64,000 bases of DNA. Source: an uncultured Flavobacteriales bacterium (GTDB taxonomy: Bacteria; Bacteroidota; Bacteroidia; AKYH767-A; 2013-40CM-41-45). This document shows positions 45,275 to 54,692 of this stretch, piece by piece. A program made the translations under genes and the position numbers. The stretch lies in contig CAZQOQ010000036.1 in NCBI GenBank assembly GCA_964595205.1, forward strand, positions 242,553 through 306,552, in the 5' to 3' direction. The notes under the pieces are model-generated. The model was not told the DNA's origin. It did not search any database and saw only the letters and a program-made list of their open reading frames with translations. Positions within the stretch are counted from its first letter, which is position 1. Each line of letters begins with the position of its first letter.

Positions 45275-46729
45275 TTATTGTTTCTGTCCAGTCATTGCTG
45301 CAGGATCGAGTAGCTTTTTAATCTGATCCTCTGTAAGCAATTTCTTTTCACGAATTAATTCTAATATTCCTTTATTTGTCTGAAGTGCTTCTTTCGCAAG
45401 TTCAGTTGTTTTTTCATAACCCAAGACCGGATTTAGGGCAGTAACAATTCCTACACTGCGATCGATGTAATGTTTTAATACATCAGGATTCGCCGTAACT
45501 CCATCTATACAGCTTTTGCGCATAATTGGAAATGTTTTAAAGAACAGAGCCTGTGATTCCATGATTGCGACGGCAACTACAGGTTCGTACGCATTCAATT
45601 GAAGAAGTCCATCGCGTGAAGCAACAGTCACTGTCATATCATTTCCGATTACTTTGTAACAGATTTGATTCATTAATTCAGGAATAACCGGATTGACTTT
45701 GCCCGGCATAATGGATGAGCCTGGCTGAAGTGCGGGTAAATTGATTTCAAAAATACCTGTACGCGGACCGGATGCAAGAAAAATCAAATCGCTGCTGATC
45801 TTTGACATTGTAACGGCAAGATTTTTTAATGCAGAAGAATACATAACAAAACCCTGCATGCTGCTTGTTGCGGCGATAAGATTTTTTGGTTCGGAGATTG
45901 GTTTACCGGTGATTTTTGCAAGGTTAGCCACGCATTTTTCTGCATAACCCGGCGATGCTGTAAGTCCTGTACCAATAGCTGTTGCACCCATATTCACCTC
46001 ATACATATAGGACTCTGATTTTTTTAATGCATCAATGGCTTCGTCAAGTTGTCCTCCAAATGCATGAAACTCCTGTCCGAGTGTCATCGGTACGGCATCC
46101 TGACCCTCTGTACGGCCCATCTTTAAGAGGTTTTTGAATTCTTCTCCTTTTTTATGAAAAGCCTGAGATAATAATTCAGCTTCTTTAACGAGTTTATCAT
46201 TATGAAGAATAAGTGCAATGTGGATGGCAGTCGGGTAAACATCATTTGTTGACTGACCCATGTTTAAATCATCATGAGGTTCGATAAATTGATATTCACC
46301 TTTTTTGTGGCCGCTCATTTCCAGTGCAATGTTTGCAAGCACTTCATTCGCATTCATATTCGCAGACGTTCCTGCACCGCCCTGGTAAAGATCCGTTAAA
46401 AACTGATCATGATATTTTCCATCGATAACTGCCTGGCAGGCTTTCTGAATTGCGTCGAAACGATCTTTCTTCATTCTTCCAATTTCAGTATTAGCCTGCG
46501 CTGCTGCCAGCTTCACCATTGCATATGCTTTTACATAGTCGGGATAGAAATTAGTCTTCACGCCGCTGACCTGGAAATTTTCAAGCGCGCGGAGTGTTTG
46601 TACGCCATAGTATGCATCGGCTGGAATTTGTTTCTCGCCAAGAAGATCTTTTTCTGTCCTGGTCTGAGCAAAACTGATTTGAGCAGTAAAAAAAGTCAGT
46701 AATAATAGAATTGATTTGAATTTTTTCAT
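45275..46729 (-). CDS. aspA: Aspartate ammonia-lyase (aspartase) with an apparent N-terminal Sec signal peptide
   Basis: Fumarase/aspartase superfamily signature GSSIMPGKVNPVIPE (the VIPE form is aspartase-type). A 22-aa N-terminal extension MKKFKSILLLLTFFTAQISFAQ precedes the conserved DLLGEKQIPADAYYG start. Confidence 0.8.
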   Translation of the reverse strand: MKKFKSILLLLTFFTAQISFAQTRTEKDLLGEKQIPADAYYGVQTLRALENFQVSGVKTNFYPDYVKAYAMVKLAAAQANTEIGRMKKDRFDAIQKACQAVIDGKYHDQFLTDLYQGGAGTSANMNANEVLANIALEMSGHKKGEYQFIEPHDDLNMGQSTNDVYPTAIHIALILHNDKLVKEAELLSQAFHKKGEEFKNLLKMGRTEGQDAVPMTLGQEFHAFGGQLDEAIDALKKSESYMYEVNMGATAIGTGLTASPGYAEKCVANLAKITGKPISEPKNLIAATSSMQGFVMYSSALKNLAVTMSKISSDLIFLASGPRTGIFEINLPALQPGSSIMPGKVNPVIPELMNQICYKVIGNDMTVTVASRDGLLQLNAYEPVVAVAIMESQALFFKTFPIMRKSCIDGVTANPDVLKHYIDRSVGIVTALNPVLGYEKTTELAKEALQTNKGILELIREKKLLTEDQIKKLLDPAAMTGQKQ

Positions 46730-46765
46730 TGTATTATTTTTTATTGGTTAGATTATTTCGATTTA

Positions 46766-48118
46766 TCAGAGTAAAACAGATTGTAGCAGCAAACCTGCAA
46801 TTACAGCGGCAGCAGTTGTCACTAAGCCGGGCAACATGAAACTATGATTGAGGACATACTTGCCGATTTTAGTGGTTCCCGTCCGATCGAATTGAATCGC
46901 AGTAAGTAGCGTTGGATATCCTGGAATAAAAAAATGTCCGTTGACCGCAGGGAAAATTCCAACCATGAATGCCGGAGTTAATCCCAGCGCGAGTCCGAGA
47001 GGCATCAGGGCCTTTGTAGTTGCAGCCTGGCTGAAAAGTAAAATACTTAATGTGAACAAGGCAACGGCAAACAGCCATGGATATGAGGTTACCAATTCGC
47101 CGAGGGAACTTTCAATTGTTTTATAATTATGATTCATGAATGTTCCACTCATCCAGACCACACCAAACACAGCAATAGTTGCCTGTCCGGCGGAAGAAAA
47201 CAAACTCGCTTTAGTAACTTCTGCAGCGGTAGTCTTTGCAAACAGTATGATCATTCCTGCAGCGGCGAGCATGATCATCATGATCATCGACGGCATTTGT
47301 ACCTGCCCGGCGGCATTAACAGAAAAACCAGGAACAAATCCTTCCTTATCCCCAAAGGATGGCAATAGTTCAGGGAACGATCCAAACAGAACTACGCAAA
47401 AGACTGCAATTGCAAAGATGATTACGGAAGTAATAGCGCCCGGTTTGAGGTCCTTTTGCTTATCATCTCCATTTCCTGAAATGTTTTTAGCAAATACGGG
47501 GTCTTTCATCTTTTCCAGAAATTCCGGATCGTTGTTGAGTTCTTTCCCTCTTTTCAGCACGAATAGAATTCCGACTATCACTCCGATTAGTGTAGAAGGA
47601 ATACAAACCATTAAAATATCAGAAAGTTTAACCCCGCTTGCGGCTAATACTGTAAGCAATGCTGCAGATGCTGCCGAAACCGGACTGGCAGTAATTCCCA
47701 TGTGAGCTGCTGTCACGCTCATACTCAATGCACGTTCAGGACGAATGCGCGCCTTGATGGCAACTTCGGAAATGATCGGCATGATGGAATATGAAATATG
47801 TGCGGTTCCTGCAAATAATGTAAAGACATATGTTATCAGTGGTCCGAGAATGGTAATTTGTCCGGGATGTTTCCTGAGAATTTTAGCTGCGAGATTGACC
47901 AGATAATCCATTCCTCCCGCTGCCTGTAATGCGGCTGCTGCTGTTACCACACTTAGTATAATTAGCATAACCTCGAGCGGAGGATCAACCGGCTGCATTT
48001 TAAATATCAGTAACAAAATCAACAGTCCAATCATACCCATTACTCCGAGGCCAATTCCAGACATGCGTGCACCAATGAAAATGCAAAAAAGCAAAACAGC
48101 AAGTTGTACAAAAATCAT
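46766..48118 (-). CDS. dcuA: Anaerobic C4-dicarboxylate transporter DcuA/DcuB family
   Basis: The N-terminus MIFVQLAVLLFCIFIGARMSGIGLGVMGMIGL...AAAALQAAGGMDYLV matches DcuA. The gene lies 36 nt upstream of aspA. Confidence 0.8.
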   Translation of the reverse strand: MIFVQLAVLLFCIFIGARMSGIGLGVMGMIGLLILLLIFKMQPVDPPLEVMLIILSVVTAAAALQAAGGMDYLVNLAAKILRKHPGQITILGPLITYVFTLFAGTAHISYSIMPIISEVAIKARIRPERALSMSVTAAHMGITASPVSAASAALLTVLAASGVKLSDILMVCIPSTLIGVIVGILFVLKRGKELNNDPEFLEKMKDPVFAKNISGNGDDKQKDLKPGAITSVIIFAIAVFCVVLFGSFPELLPSFGDKEGFVPGFSVNAAGQVQMPSMIMMIMLAAAGMIILFAKTTAAEVTKASLFSSAGQATIAVFGVVWMSGTFMNHNYKTIESSLGELVTSYPWLFAVALFTLSILLFSQAATTKALMPLGLALGLTPAFMVGIFPAVNGHFFIPGYPTLLTAIQFDRTGTTKIGKYVLNHSFMLPGLVTTAAAVIAGLLLQSVLL

Positions 48119-48314
48119 TTTGTAGTATTTAAAAAAATATTACATTATTAATTAATTTTTTACCTCATTGTAAAGTATCTTAATTTGATTTTGGCAAGGT
48201 ATGATAATAATCATATATTTTTCTAACTTATGTTTGGTTCAATGAATTTTAGTTTTGTTAATTTAGCAAATTATAAGAACCTAATAATTTTCAATTCATA
48301 AATCCCAAAAAACC

Positions 48315-49394
48315 ATGAAAAATAAAATTAATTTTCATATCATGAACAGGACATTGATTTTGGCTGCTGTTTCTATGTTCGTATTCTTTTCCTCTGTTGC
48401 ACAGGAAAAGACAAAAGGAAAAGCGGAAACTACCCAGGTGTCACAGGAACTGATGACCAAGGCTAATATTGAAGCCGTACTGAACGATGCGTACAATAAA
48501 TTTGTAAATGTAAAGGATGGTGCGAATGCTGATTACATTAAGGAACTCGCAAACGTAGACCCTAAAATTTTCGGAATCGCTTTGGTTACCACCGACGGAC
48601 AGGTTTATACTAAAGGTGATATCACCTCGATGGTTTCGATTCAAAGTGTAAGCAAGGCTTTCGTCATGGCGCAGATCATTGATGAATCAGGTCACCAGGC
48701 TATTCAGGACAAAATCGGAGTTGATGCAACCGGATTAAAATTCAATTCCATCGTTGCAGTGGAAGAACATCGGGGGAAAGAAATAAACCCATTGGTTAAC
48801 CCGGGTGCCATAGCAGCAACCAGCCTGGTAATAGGTGCCGATTCTGCCGCGAAATGGAAAAGCATTCTTAACAAACAAAGTGAGTTTGCCGGTCGGCCAC
48901 TGTCTTTGAATATGCCTGTGTATATCAGCGAAGCCGGTGATAATTTACGCAACCAGGCAATCGCTCACCTGCTTCTCGCTTATGGAAGAATGTATTTTGA
49001 TCCTGTTCAATCCACAGATATTTATACCAAGCAATGCGCCATTAATGTTAGCGCAAAAGATCTGGCAACCATGGCTGCAACGTTGGCTAACGGAGGAGTA
49101 AATCCGGTTACAAAAAAGAAAGTGGTATCTCCGGAATCAGCCATGTATACGTTGCCTGTGATGGCCACTGCCGGCCTCTATGATGATTCCGGAATCTGGT
49201 TTTATAATTCCGGCCTGCCTGCAAAGAGCGGAGTTGGCGGTGGATTACTTGCCGTTTGTCCGGGTAAATTTGGAATCGCAGTTGTATCGCCGCCATTGGA
49301 TGAAGCCGGTAATAGTGTGAAAGGTCAGCTGGTAATTAAATATGTAGTCGAACAATTAAAGGCTAATCCATATTTGATAAAGCCAAAAATGTAA
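48315..49394 (+). CDS. glsA: Glutaminase (GlsA family) with signal peptide
   Basis: ALVTTDGQVYTKGD...SIQSVSKAF (Ser-x-x-Lys active site) and NPGAIA. Hydrophobic N-terminal signal (alternative ATG at 48342). Confidence 0.8.
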   Translation: MKNKINFHIMNRTLILAAVSMFVFFSSVAQEKTKGKAETTQVSQELMTKANIEAVLNDAYNKFVNVKDGANADYIKELANVDPKIFGIALVTTDGQVYTKGDITSMVSIQSVSKAFVMAQIIDESGHQAIQDKIGVDATGLKFNSIVAVEEHRGKEINPLVNPGAIAATSLVIGADSAAKWKSILNKQSEFAGRPLSLNMPVYISEAGDNLRNQAIAHLLLAYGRMYFDPVQSTDIYTKQCAINVSAKDLATMAATLANGGVNPVTKKKVVSPESAMYTLPVMATAGLYDDSGIWFYNSGLPAKSGVGGGLLAVCPGKFGIAVVSPPLDEAGNSVKGQLVIKYVVEQLKANPYLIKPKM

Positions 49395-49411
49395 ATTTTT
49401 CTAAGTTGTAT

Positions 49412-49463
49412 ATCAAAAGAGAATATCTTGTCATTAAAACTGAACAATATATTCTCTTTTGAT
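49412..49463 (+). terminator. Perfect 15-bp inverted repeat (hairpin) downstream of glsA and upstream of the porin gene
   Basis: atcaaaagagaatat ... atattctcttttgat with a 22-nt loop, followed by a T-rich stretch. Confidence 0.45.
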
Positions 49464-49511
49464 TATTTCTTTGATTTAATTGAATACTAATATGTCATTA
49501 ATAAAAGATTT

Positions 49512-50888
49512 ATGAGAAAAGTAATTACAGTACTTCTTTATGTTGTTGTTTTTGCACTGTATGTATTGAAAAATGATCAGGTATTTGGGCAAACGGAAGT
49601 TCCTGAGATCGATACTACGTTGGGTAAGAATACTAAAGAACCTTTGATGCTGGTTAACGATACAATTTATGCCACCAACCAGGCCAGTGGTCAGTTTGCT
49701 CCGGGGCAGGGAAAAGGATTCCAGCTTGTTAAAAATGATTTTGCAAGTCTTAACATTAGTATTTATGCGATGGTAAGGTACCTGAATCAAATGCCGGGTC
49801 ATCAAACCTGGAAGGATCATTTGGGTAGAGAACATGAGCTGGTTGGCAGGAATGATTTTCACTGGCATCGCTCGATGATTTGGTTTAGCGGCTTCGTCGG
49901 CACTCCAAAATTTACATACATGGCTACCGTATGGAGCATTTTAACCACACAGCAAACATTAGTATATGGCAACCTGAAGTATAAATTTAATAAACATTTT
50001 TCTTTGGGTATGGGCATTACACCGAATGTTTGCATACGCAGCCTGAATATTTTTCCTTTTTTTAGTTCCACAGACAGGACAATGTCTGAAGATGCACTTC
50101 GCGGAGGATTCAGTATGGGTGTATTTTCTACAGGCGAAATAGTTCCCAAACTCGAGTATACGGTTGTGATTGCAAACAACCTCAGTACACTTGGTGTTAA
50201 AGCAGCAACACTTACACGGGATCTTGCATCAAGTGCAACAATAGTCTGGATGCCCACAACAGGTGAATATGGTCCACGCGGAGGGCAAAGCGATCTGGAG
50301 CACCACACGCGACTTGCAACACGCTTTGGAGCTTCATTTGTTCATAGCAGAGAGGATCGCTTTAATAATATAGGCACTCCGGCACCTGATAATACACAGG
50401 TGCGAATGTCGGATGGATTATTGTTTTTTGAATCCGGTGCACTCGGAGATGGGATCACAATAGACCAGGCAGATTTTGATTTATTGTCAATCGACCTGGG
50501 TTTTAAAATTAAAGGCATTTCAATTTTCACGGAATTTTATTACCGTACACTTACAAAATTTGATGCGATCGGACCGGATAACCTTACGCCGGTGACTCCT
50601 TCAATCAGCTCCATAACCGATAAAGGGTATTCATTACAGGTTTCATATATGATCATAAAAAAGAAATTAAACCTGTATGGAATTAATACGATGCTTTTTG
50701 ATGAATTCAAAAGAAAACCATGGGAAGCAGGGGGAGGAGTAAACATTTATCCTCTGGGAAATCGCAATTGGCGGATAAATGCTCAATGCATCTATGTTTA
50801 CAAATCAGCAGCAGGTGGAACATTTGGTTTATATACGGCCGGCCAAACCGGTCCGACAATAACTATTGGAGCCGATATACTTTTATAA
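49512..50888 (+). CDS. Outer-membrane porin-like beta-barrel protein
   Basis: 458 aa with a signal peptide, abundant Gly/aromatic strand pattern and a C-terminal ...IGADILL. Confidence 0.45.
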   Translation: MRKVITVLLYVVVFALYVLKNDQVFGQTEVPEIDTTLGKNTKEPLMLVNDTIYATNQASGQFAPGQGKGFQLVKNDFASLNISIYAMVRYLNQMPGHQTWKDHLGREHELVGRNDFHWHRSMIWFSGFVGTPKFTYMATVWSILTTQQTLVYGNLKYKFNKHFSLGMGITPNVCIRSLNIFPFFSSTDRTMSEDALRGGFSMGVFSTGEIVPKLEYTVVIANNLSTLGVKAATLTRDLASSATIVWMPTTGEYGPRGGQSDLEHHTRLATRFGASFVHSREDRFNNIGTPAPDNTQVRMSDGLLFFESGALGDGITIDQADFDLLSIDLGFKIKGISIFTEFYYRTLTKFDAIGPDNLTPVTPSISSITDKGYSLQVSYMIIKKKLNLYGINTMLFDEFKRKPWEAGGGVNIYPLGNRNWRINAQCIYVYKSAAGGTFGLYTAGQTGPTITIGADILL

Positions 50889-50920
50889 TAAATTATATTC
50901 ACAGTATAAATAAAATTACA

Positions 50921-52057
50921 ATGAAACTAAATTACTCAGTAAAAATTTTGATTGTTGATTTTGTACTAACGTGTTTCTTTTTAACCGCATCCGTTACCGC
51001 ACAAACTAATTCAGCTAATCAGAATAATTATATATTGAATGACTGTCATTTTCATTTGACAAATTACATACAGGAAGGAGTTGACATTAAGAAATTCCTT
51101 GGAATTATGGGTGATAAAGTCGGACGTGTTGCGCTCTTTGGAATCCCCCTGCAACAGCAATGGTCTTTTGGCAACAGCGGGAATTTTGCTCCTTACTATT
51201 ATTTGCAGTCTGATGCGCCGCTTTATTATTATTCATTCACGGATGCATACATAGCTATGGCTTACATGTCGCTCACCAAAGAACAGCAGAATCGTTTTGA
51301 TCCCATGATAACAGGTTTTAATCCTGCAGACATGTATGCGAAGGATCATATTAAACGGGTATTAAAAACATTTCCCGGAGTATTCTCTGGTATCGGTGAG
51401 TTCACCATTCATAAAGAGTTTGTTTCATCAAAAATCGCAGGTGAAACGGCCAGCCTGACAAATCCCGCACTTGATTCCATTTTTGAATTTGCTGCAGAGA
51501 CTGGCCTTGTGGTTTTGTTGCACAATGATGTTGATATGCCATTTCCAAAACCCGGACAGGATCCATACCTGGTAACACAATTGAGAGAACTGTTTATCCG
51601 TCACCCGAACACAACTGTTATTTGGGCACATTGCGGTGTGGGTCGCATCGTGCACCCGGTAAAGGATCAGTTTGCCATGCTTGAAAGAGCACTTGCTAAG
51701 CCGGAGCTAAAACACGTGAACATTGATATTTCATGGGATGAGACTGCAAAATATATTGTTGCAACTCCGGAATCCGTAAAGGCGGTCGCAGAAATGATAA
51801 ATAAATTTCCGGATCGCTTTCTTTTCGGCACCGACGAAGTTGCGCCACAGGACCAGCAGAAGTACTTAAAAGTGTATGATATGTATGCGCCTTTGTTTGC
51901 ATTACTGACTCCGGATACGAAACAGAAATTACTTAAAGGCAATTATGAGCGCTTGTTCAATGAGGCTAGAATAAAAGTAAGAGCATGGGAAAAAGCACAT
52001 GCCAACGATGCTCCTGTAATTCCTGTTCCTACTCCTTCTTCCGGAGTTGGGAAGTAA
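50921..52057 (+). CDS. Secreted amidohydrolase-2 family (TIM-barrel metal-dependent hydrolase)
   Basis: ATG at 50921 (MKLNYSVKILIVDFVLTCFFLTASVTAQ). Motifs DCHFHL, WAHCG and FGTDE. Confidence 0.55.
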   Translation: MKLNYSVKILIVDFVLTCFFLTASVTAQTNSANQNNYILNDCHFHLTNYIQEGVDIKKFLGIMGDKVGRVALFGIPLQQQWSFGNSGNFAPYYYLQSDAPLYYYSFTDAYIAMAYMSLTKEQQNRFDPMITGFNPADMYAKDHIKRVLKTFPGVFSGIGEFTIHKEFVSSKIAGETASLTNPALDSIFEFAAETGLVVLLHNDVDMPFPKPGQDPYLVTQLRELFIRHPNTTVIWAHCGVGRIVHPVKDQFAMLERALAKPELKHVNIDISWDETAKYIVATPESVKAVAEMINKFPDRFLFGTDEVAPQDQQKYLKVYDMYAPLFALLTPDTKQKLLKGNYERLFNEARIKVRAWEKAHANDAPVIPVPTPSSGVGK

Positions 52058-52209
52058 TCTTTAGCTTTTATTAATATTTTTTGAATGCTGTTTTAGTTTT
52101 ATCATGTTGTGTAAAGGGAATCGGAAGAATATTAAATTTTCGGATTTAATTTGACTTTTAAACATTAATCGAGTGGAAAATGATATAATAGATTTTTAAA
52201 AGTGAAAAA

Positions 52210-53406
52210 ATGGAATCTGGCCTGAATCAAACTTCTGCCGCTAACAAGAGTGCAGTTTTAGGTGCTGCTTTTTTAATGGCAACGTCAGCTATTGGTCCCG
52301 GATTTCAGACTCAAGTCTCGGTGTTCACACAGGAATTAATGGCCAGTTTTGGTTTTGTAATTCTGCTTACTATCCTGATCGATATTGCAACACAGTTGAA
52401 TACATGGAGAATATTAACCGTGTCAGAAATGAGAGCCCAGGATATTGCGAATAAAATAATTCCGGGTCTTGGATACGTTCTTGCAATAATGGTAATGCTC
52501 GGCGGGCTGGCTTTCAATATTGGTAATGTTGCAGGCTGTGGTCTTGGCTTGAATGTTCTGTTCGGATTAAATACGATTACAGGCGCTGTAATCAGCTGTG
52601 TAATTGCTCTTACCATTTTCTGGATGAAAGAAGCCGGAAAGGCAGTAGACACGTTCACAAAAATTCTCGGTGCTTTAATGCTTTTGCTTACGATGTATGT
52701 TGCAATCAGTTCTCATCCGCCAATGGCAGAAGCAGTGGAACGGACATTTGCACCGGAGAAAATAAGTTTATATGCAATTATAACACTCATCGGAGGTAGT
52801 GTAGGGGGATATATTTCGTTTGTTGGCGGTCATCGTTTACTGGATGCAGGAATAAAGGGTGAAAAAAATTTACCGTTGGTAAATCGGAGTGTTTTTTCCG
52901 GAATTGCAATCACAGGAAGTATGCGCATCGTTTTATTTCTCGCTGCTCTCGGTGTGGTTGCCGGTGGCGCAATATTGGATAGCAGTAATCCGCCCGCATC
53001 TGTTTTTAAAATTGCAGCCGGCGAACTAGGATACAGGTTTTTTGGAATTGTGATGTGGAGTGCTGCGATAACCTCGATTGTCGGTGCAGCGTTTACATCT
53101 GTTTCTTTTTTCAGAACACTCCATCCTTGGTTCGATAAGTATAATCGTCAACTTACCAGTTTCATAATTATTTTTTCCACAATCGCCTTTATAATTGCAG
53201 GAAATCCGGTAAAATTATTGGTAATTGCAGGTACCATAAACGGCTTGATCCTGCCTATATCGTTATCGGTAATATTGACAGCCACACACAAGAAATCAAT
53301 TATGAAAGGATATAATCACCCGGCATGGTTGCGGATATGCGGTTGGGTGGTTGTTTGTATTATGACAGGATTAAGTATATATTCAATCAATGAATGGATG
53401 ACATAA
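52210..53406 (+). CDS. NRAMP-related polytopic metal-ion transporter (distant)
   Basis: 398 aa with 10-11 TM helices and an N-terminal AIGPGF motif reminiscent of NRAMP/NRMT. The canonical DPGN motif is absent. Confidence 0.4.
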   Translation: MESGLNQTSAANKSAVLGAAFLMATSAIGPGFQTQVSVFTQELMASFGFVILLTILIDIATQLNTWRILTVSEMRAQDIANKIIPGLGYVLAIMVMLGGLAFNIGNVAGCGLGLNVLFGLNTITGAVISCVIALTIFWMKEAGKAVDTFTKILGALMLLLTMYVAISSHPPMAEAVERTFAPEKISLYAIITLIGGSVGGYISFVGGHRLLDAGIKGEKNLPLVNRSVFSGIAITGSMRIVLFLAALGVVAGGAILDSSNPPASVFKIAAGELGYRFFGIVMWSAAITSIVGAAFTSVSFFRTLHPWFDKYNRQLTSFIIIFSTIAFIIAGNPVKLLVIAGTINGLILPISLSVILTATHKKSIMKGYNHPAWLRICGWVVVCIMTGLSIYSINEWMT

Positions 53407-53438
53407 AAATTTTAGGAAAGTGGTTTTGAATATCTCCT

Positions 53439-54599
53439 ATGAAAATAAAAAATAATAAATCCGTTTTTCCGAAATACTGTTTCTCATTGGCGGTTGTTTT
53501 TATTTTTCCATTAATTTTATTTTCCCAGCAAAAAGATTCATCTAAAACAATAGCTAATACAAACGATCAATCAGATTCTCAATTTTCAGATTCAACATCA
53601 GCTTCTGGAATAAAGGATACAGACCCCAGGGTTTATATTCCTGATACGGTTTATTTGTTAACCGGAGATAAAATAACGGGAAAGATCATTTCATTTGAGC
53701 AAGGGAGATTAAAAATAGATGCACAGGCCACAGGAGTGGTTACGATTAAATGGAATAAAATTTCTTCGATAAATGGAGGAAACAGGATTTTCAAGGTGGA
53801 GGATGTTAATGGTGAGATTTATAAGGGGAAGCTTGGGCTTTCTACTGACACAGGTGAAGTACACGTTTTAAGCAAACTTACTTATGGGATCCGGATGGAA
53901 AATATTGTCAGGATTTATCCCCTGGAGAGTGAATGGTACCGCGGTATTAAAGGTACATTAGGAGCAGGTTTAAATTATGCAAAATCATCAGATGTGCTAA
54001 CAACAAATGCAGAATACAATTTATACTATGTGATTTCGAAATGGAGATTTATAAATGATTTTTCTTTTGTCTCAACATCTACTAATAGTGAAAATGCTTC
54101 GGTACGGCTCTCAATAAATTTTCAGGCACTTTACGCATTACCTCACAAATGGGTATTATCCGAAATAAATTCATTCAGCAGGAATGATGAACTGGGAGTT
54201 AAGTCCAGGGTTTCTTTTGGTGCCGGAGGCGGTAACAGCCTCATTCAAACGGACTGGCAGCGATTGCTTTTACTTACAGGCCTGGTCGAGAATTTGGAAA
54301 AAAATATTGAAACAAATGAAGTCGTATCCAATGTTGAATGGCCATTTACCATTCACCATACTATTTATAAATTTGCTTATCCCAATCTGTCTTCTTCTTC
54401 TTCCATCACATCTTTCGTAGGTGTCACTGAGAAGGGCAGGTACCGACTCGATGCAAACCTGGATCTAACTTGGGAGTTTGTAAAAAATTTTAAATTGCAA
54501 ATTACATTTTACTATAATTATGATAATAAGACGATTGAAGGAAAGGATACTAAAAAAGATTACGGCTCAGTCATATCGTTATTACTCGATTTAAAATAA
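53439..54599 (+). CDS. Secreted outer-membrane-type hypothetical protein (DUF481-like?)
   Basis: 386 aa with a signal peptide and a Ser/Asp-rich linker. Confidence 0.35.
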   Translation: MKIKNNKSVFPKYCFSLAVVFIFPLILFSQQKDSSKTIANTNDQSDSQFSDSTSASGIKDTDPRVYIPDTVYLLTGDKITGKIISFEQGRLKIDAQATGVVTIKWNKISSINGGNRIFKVEDVNGEIYKGKLGLSTDTGEVHVLSKLTYGIRMENIVRIYPLESEWYRGIKGTLGAGLNYAKSSDVLTTNAEYNLYYVISKWRFINDFSFVSTSTNSENASVRLSINFQALYALPHKWVLSEINSFSRNDELGVKSRVSFGAGGGNSLIQTDWQRLLLLTGLVENLEKNIETNEVVSNVEWPFTIHHTIYKFAYPNLSSSSSITSFVGVTEKGRYRLDANLDLTWEFVKNFKLQITFYYNYDNKTIEGKDTKKDYGSVISLLLDLK

Positions 54600-54692
54600 T
54601 TAAACATATTGAAACTTGTTTAAATTAAGTTTAAAAACTATACCTTGTTCTGTAAGTTACAACTGTGATATTTGGTTCTTAAATTAAAAAAC

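Noticed and set aside
50720-50920. N-terminal 67-aa extension of the amidohydrolase ORF (MGSRGRSKHLSSGK...)
   Set aside because: The extension overlaps the 3' end of the upstream porin gene and lacks a signal peptide. The internal ATG at 50921 gives a proper signal peptide.
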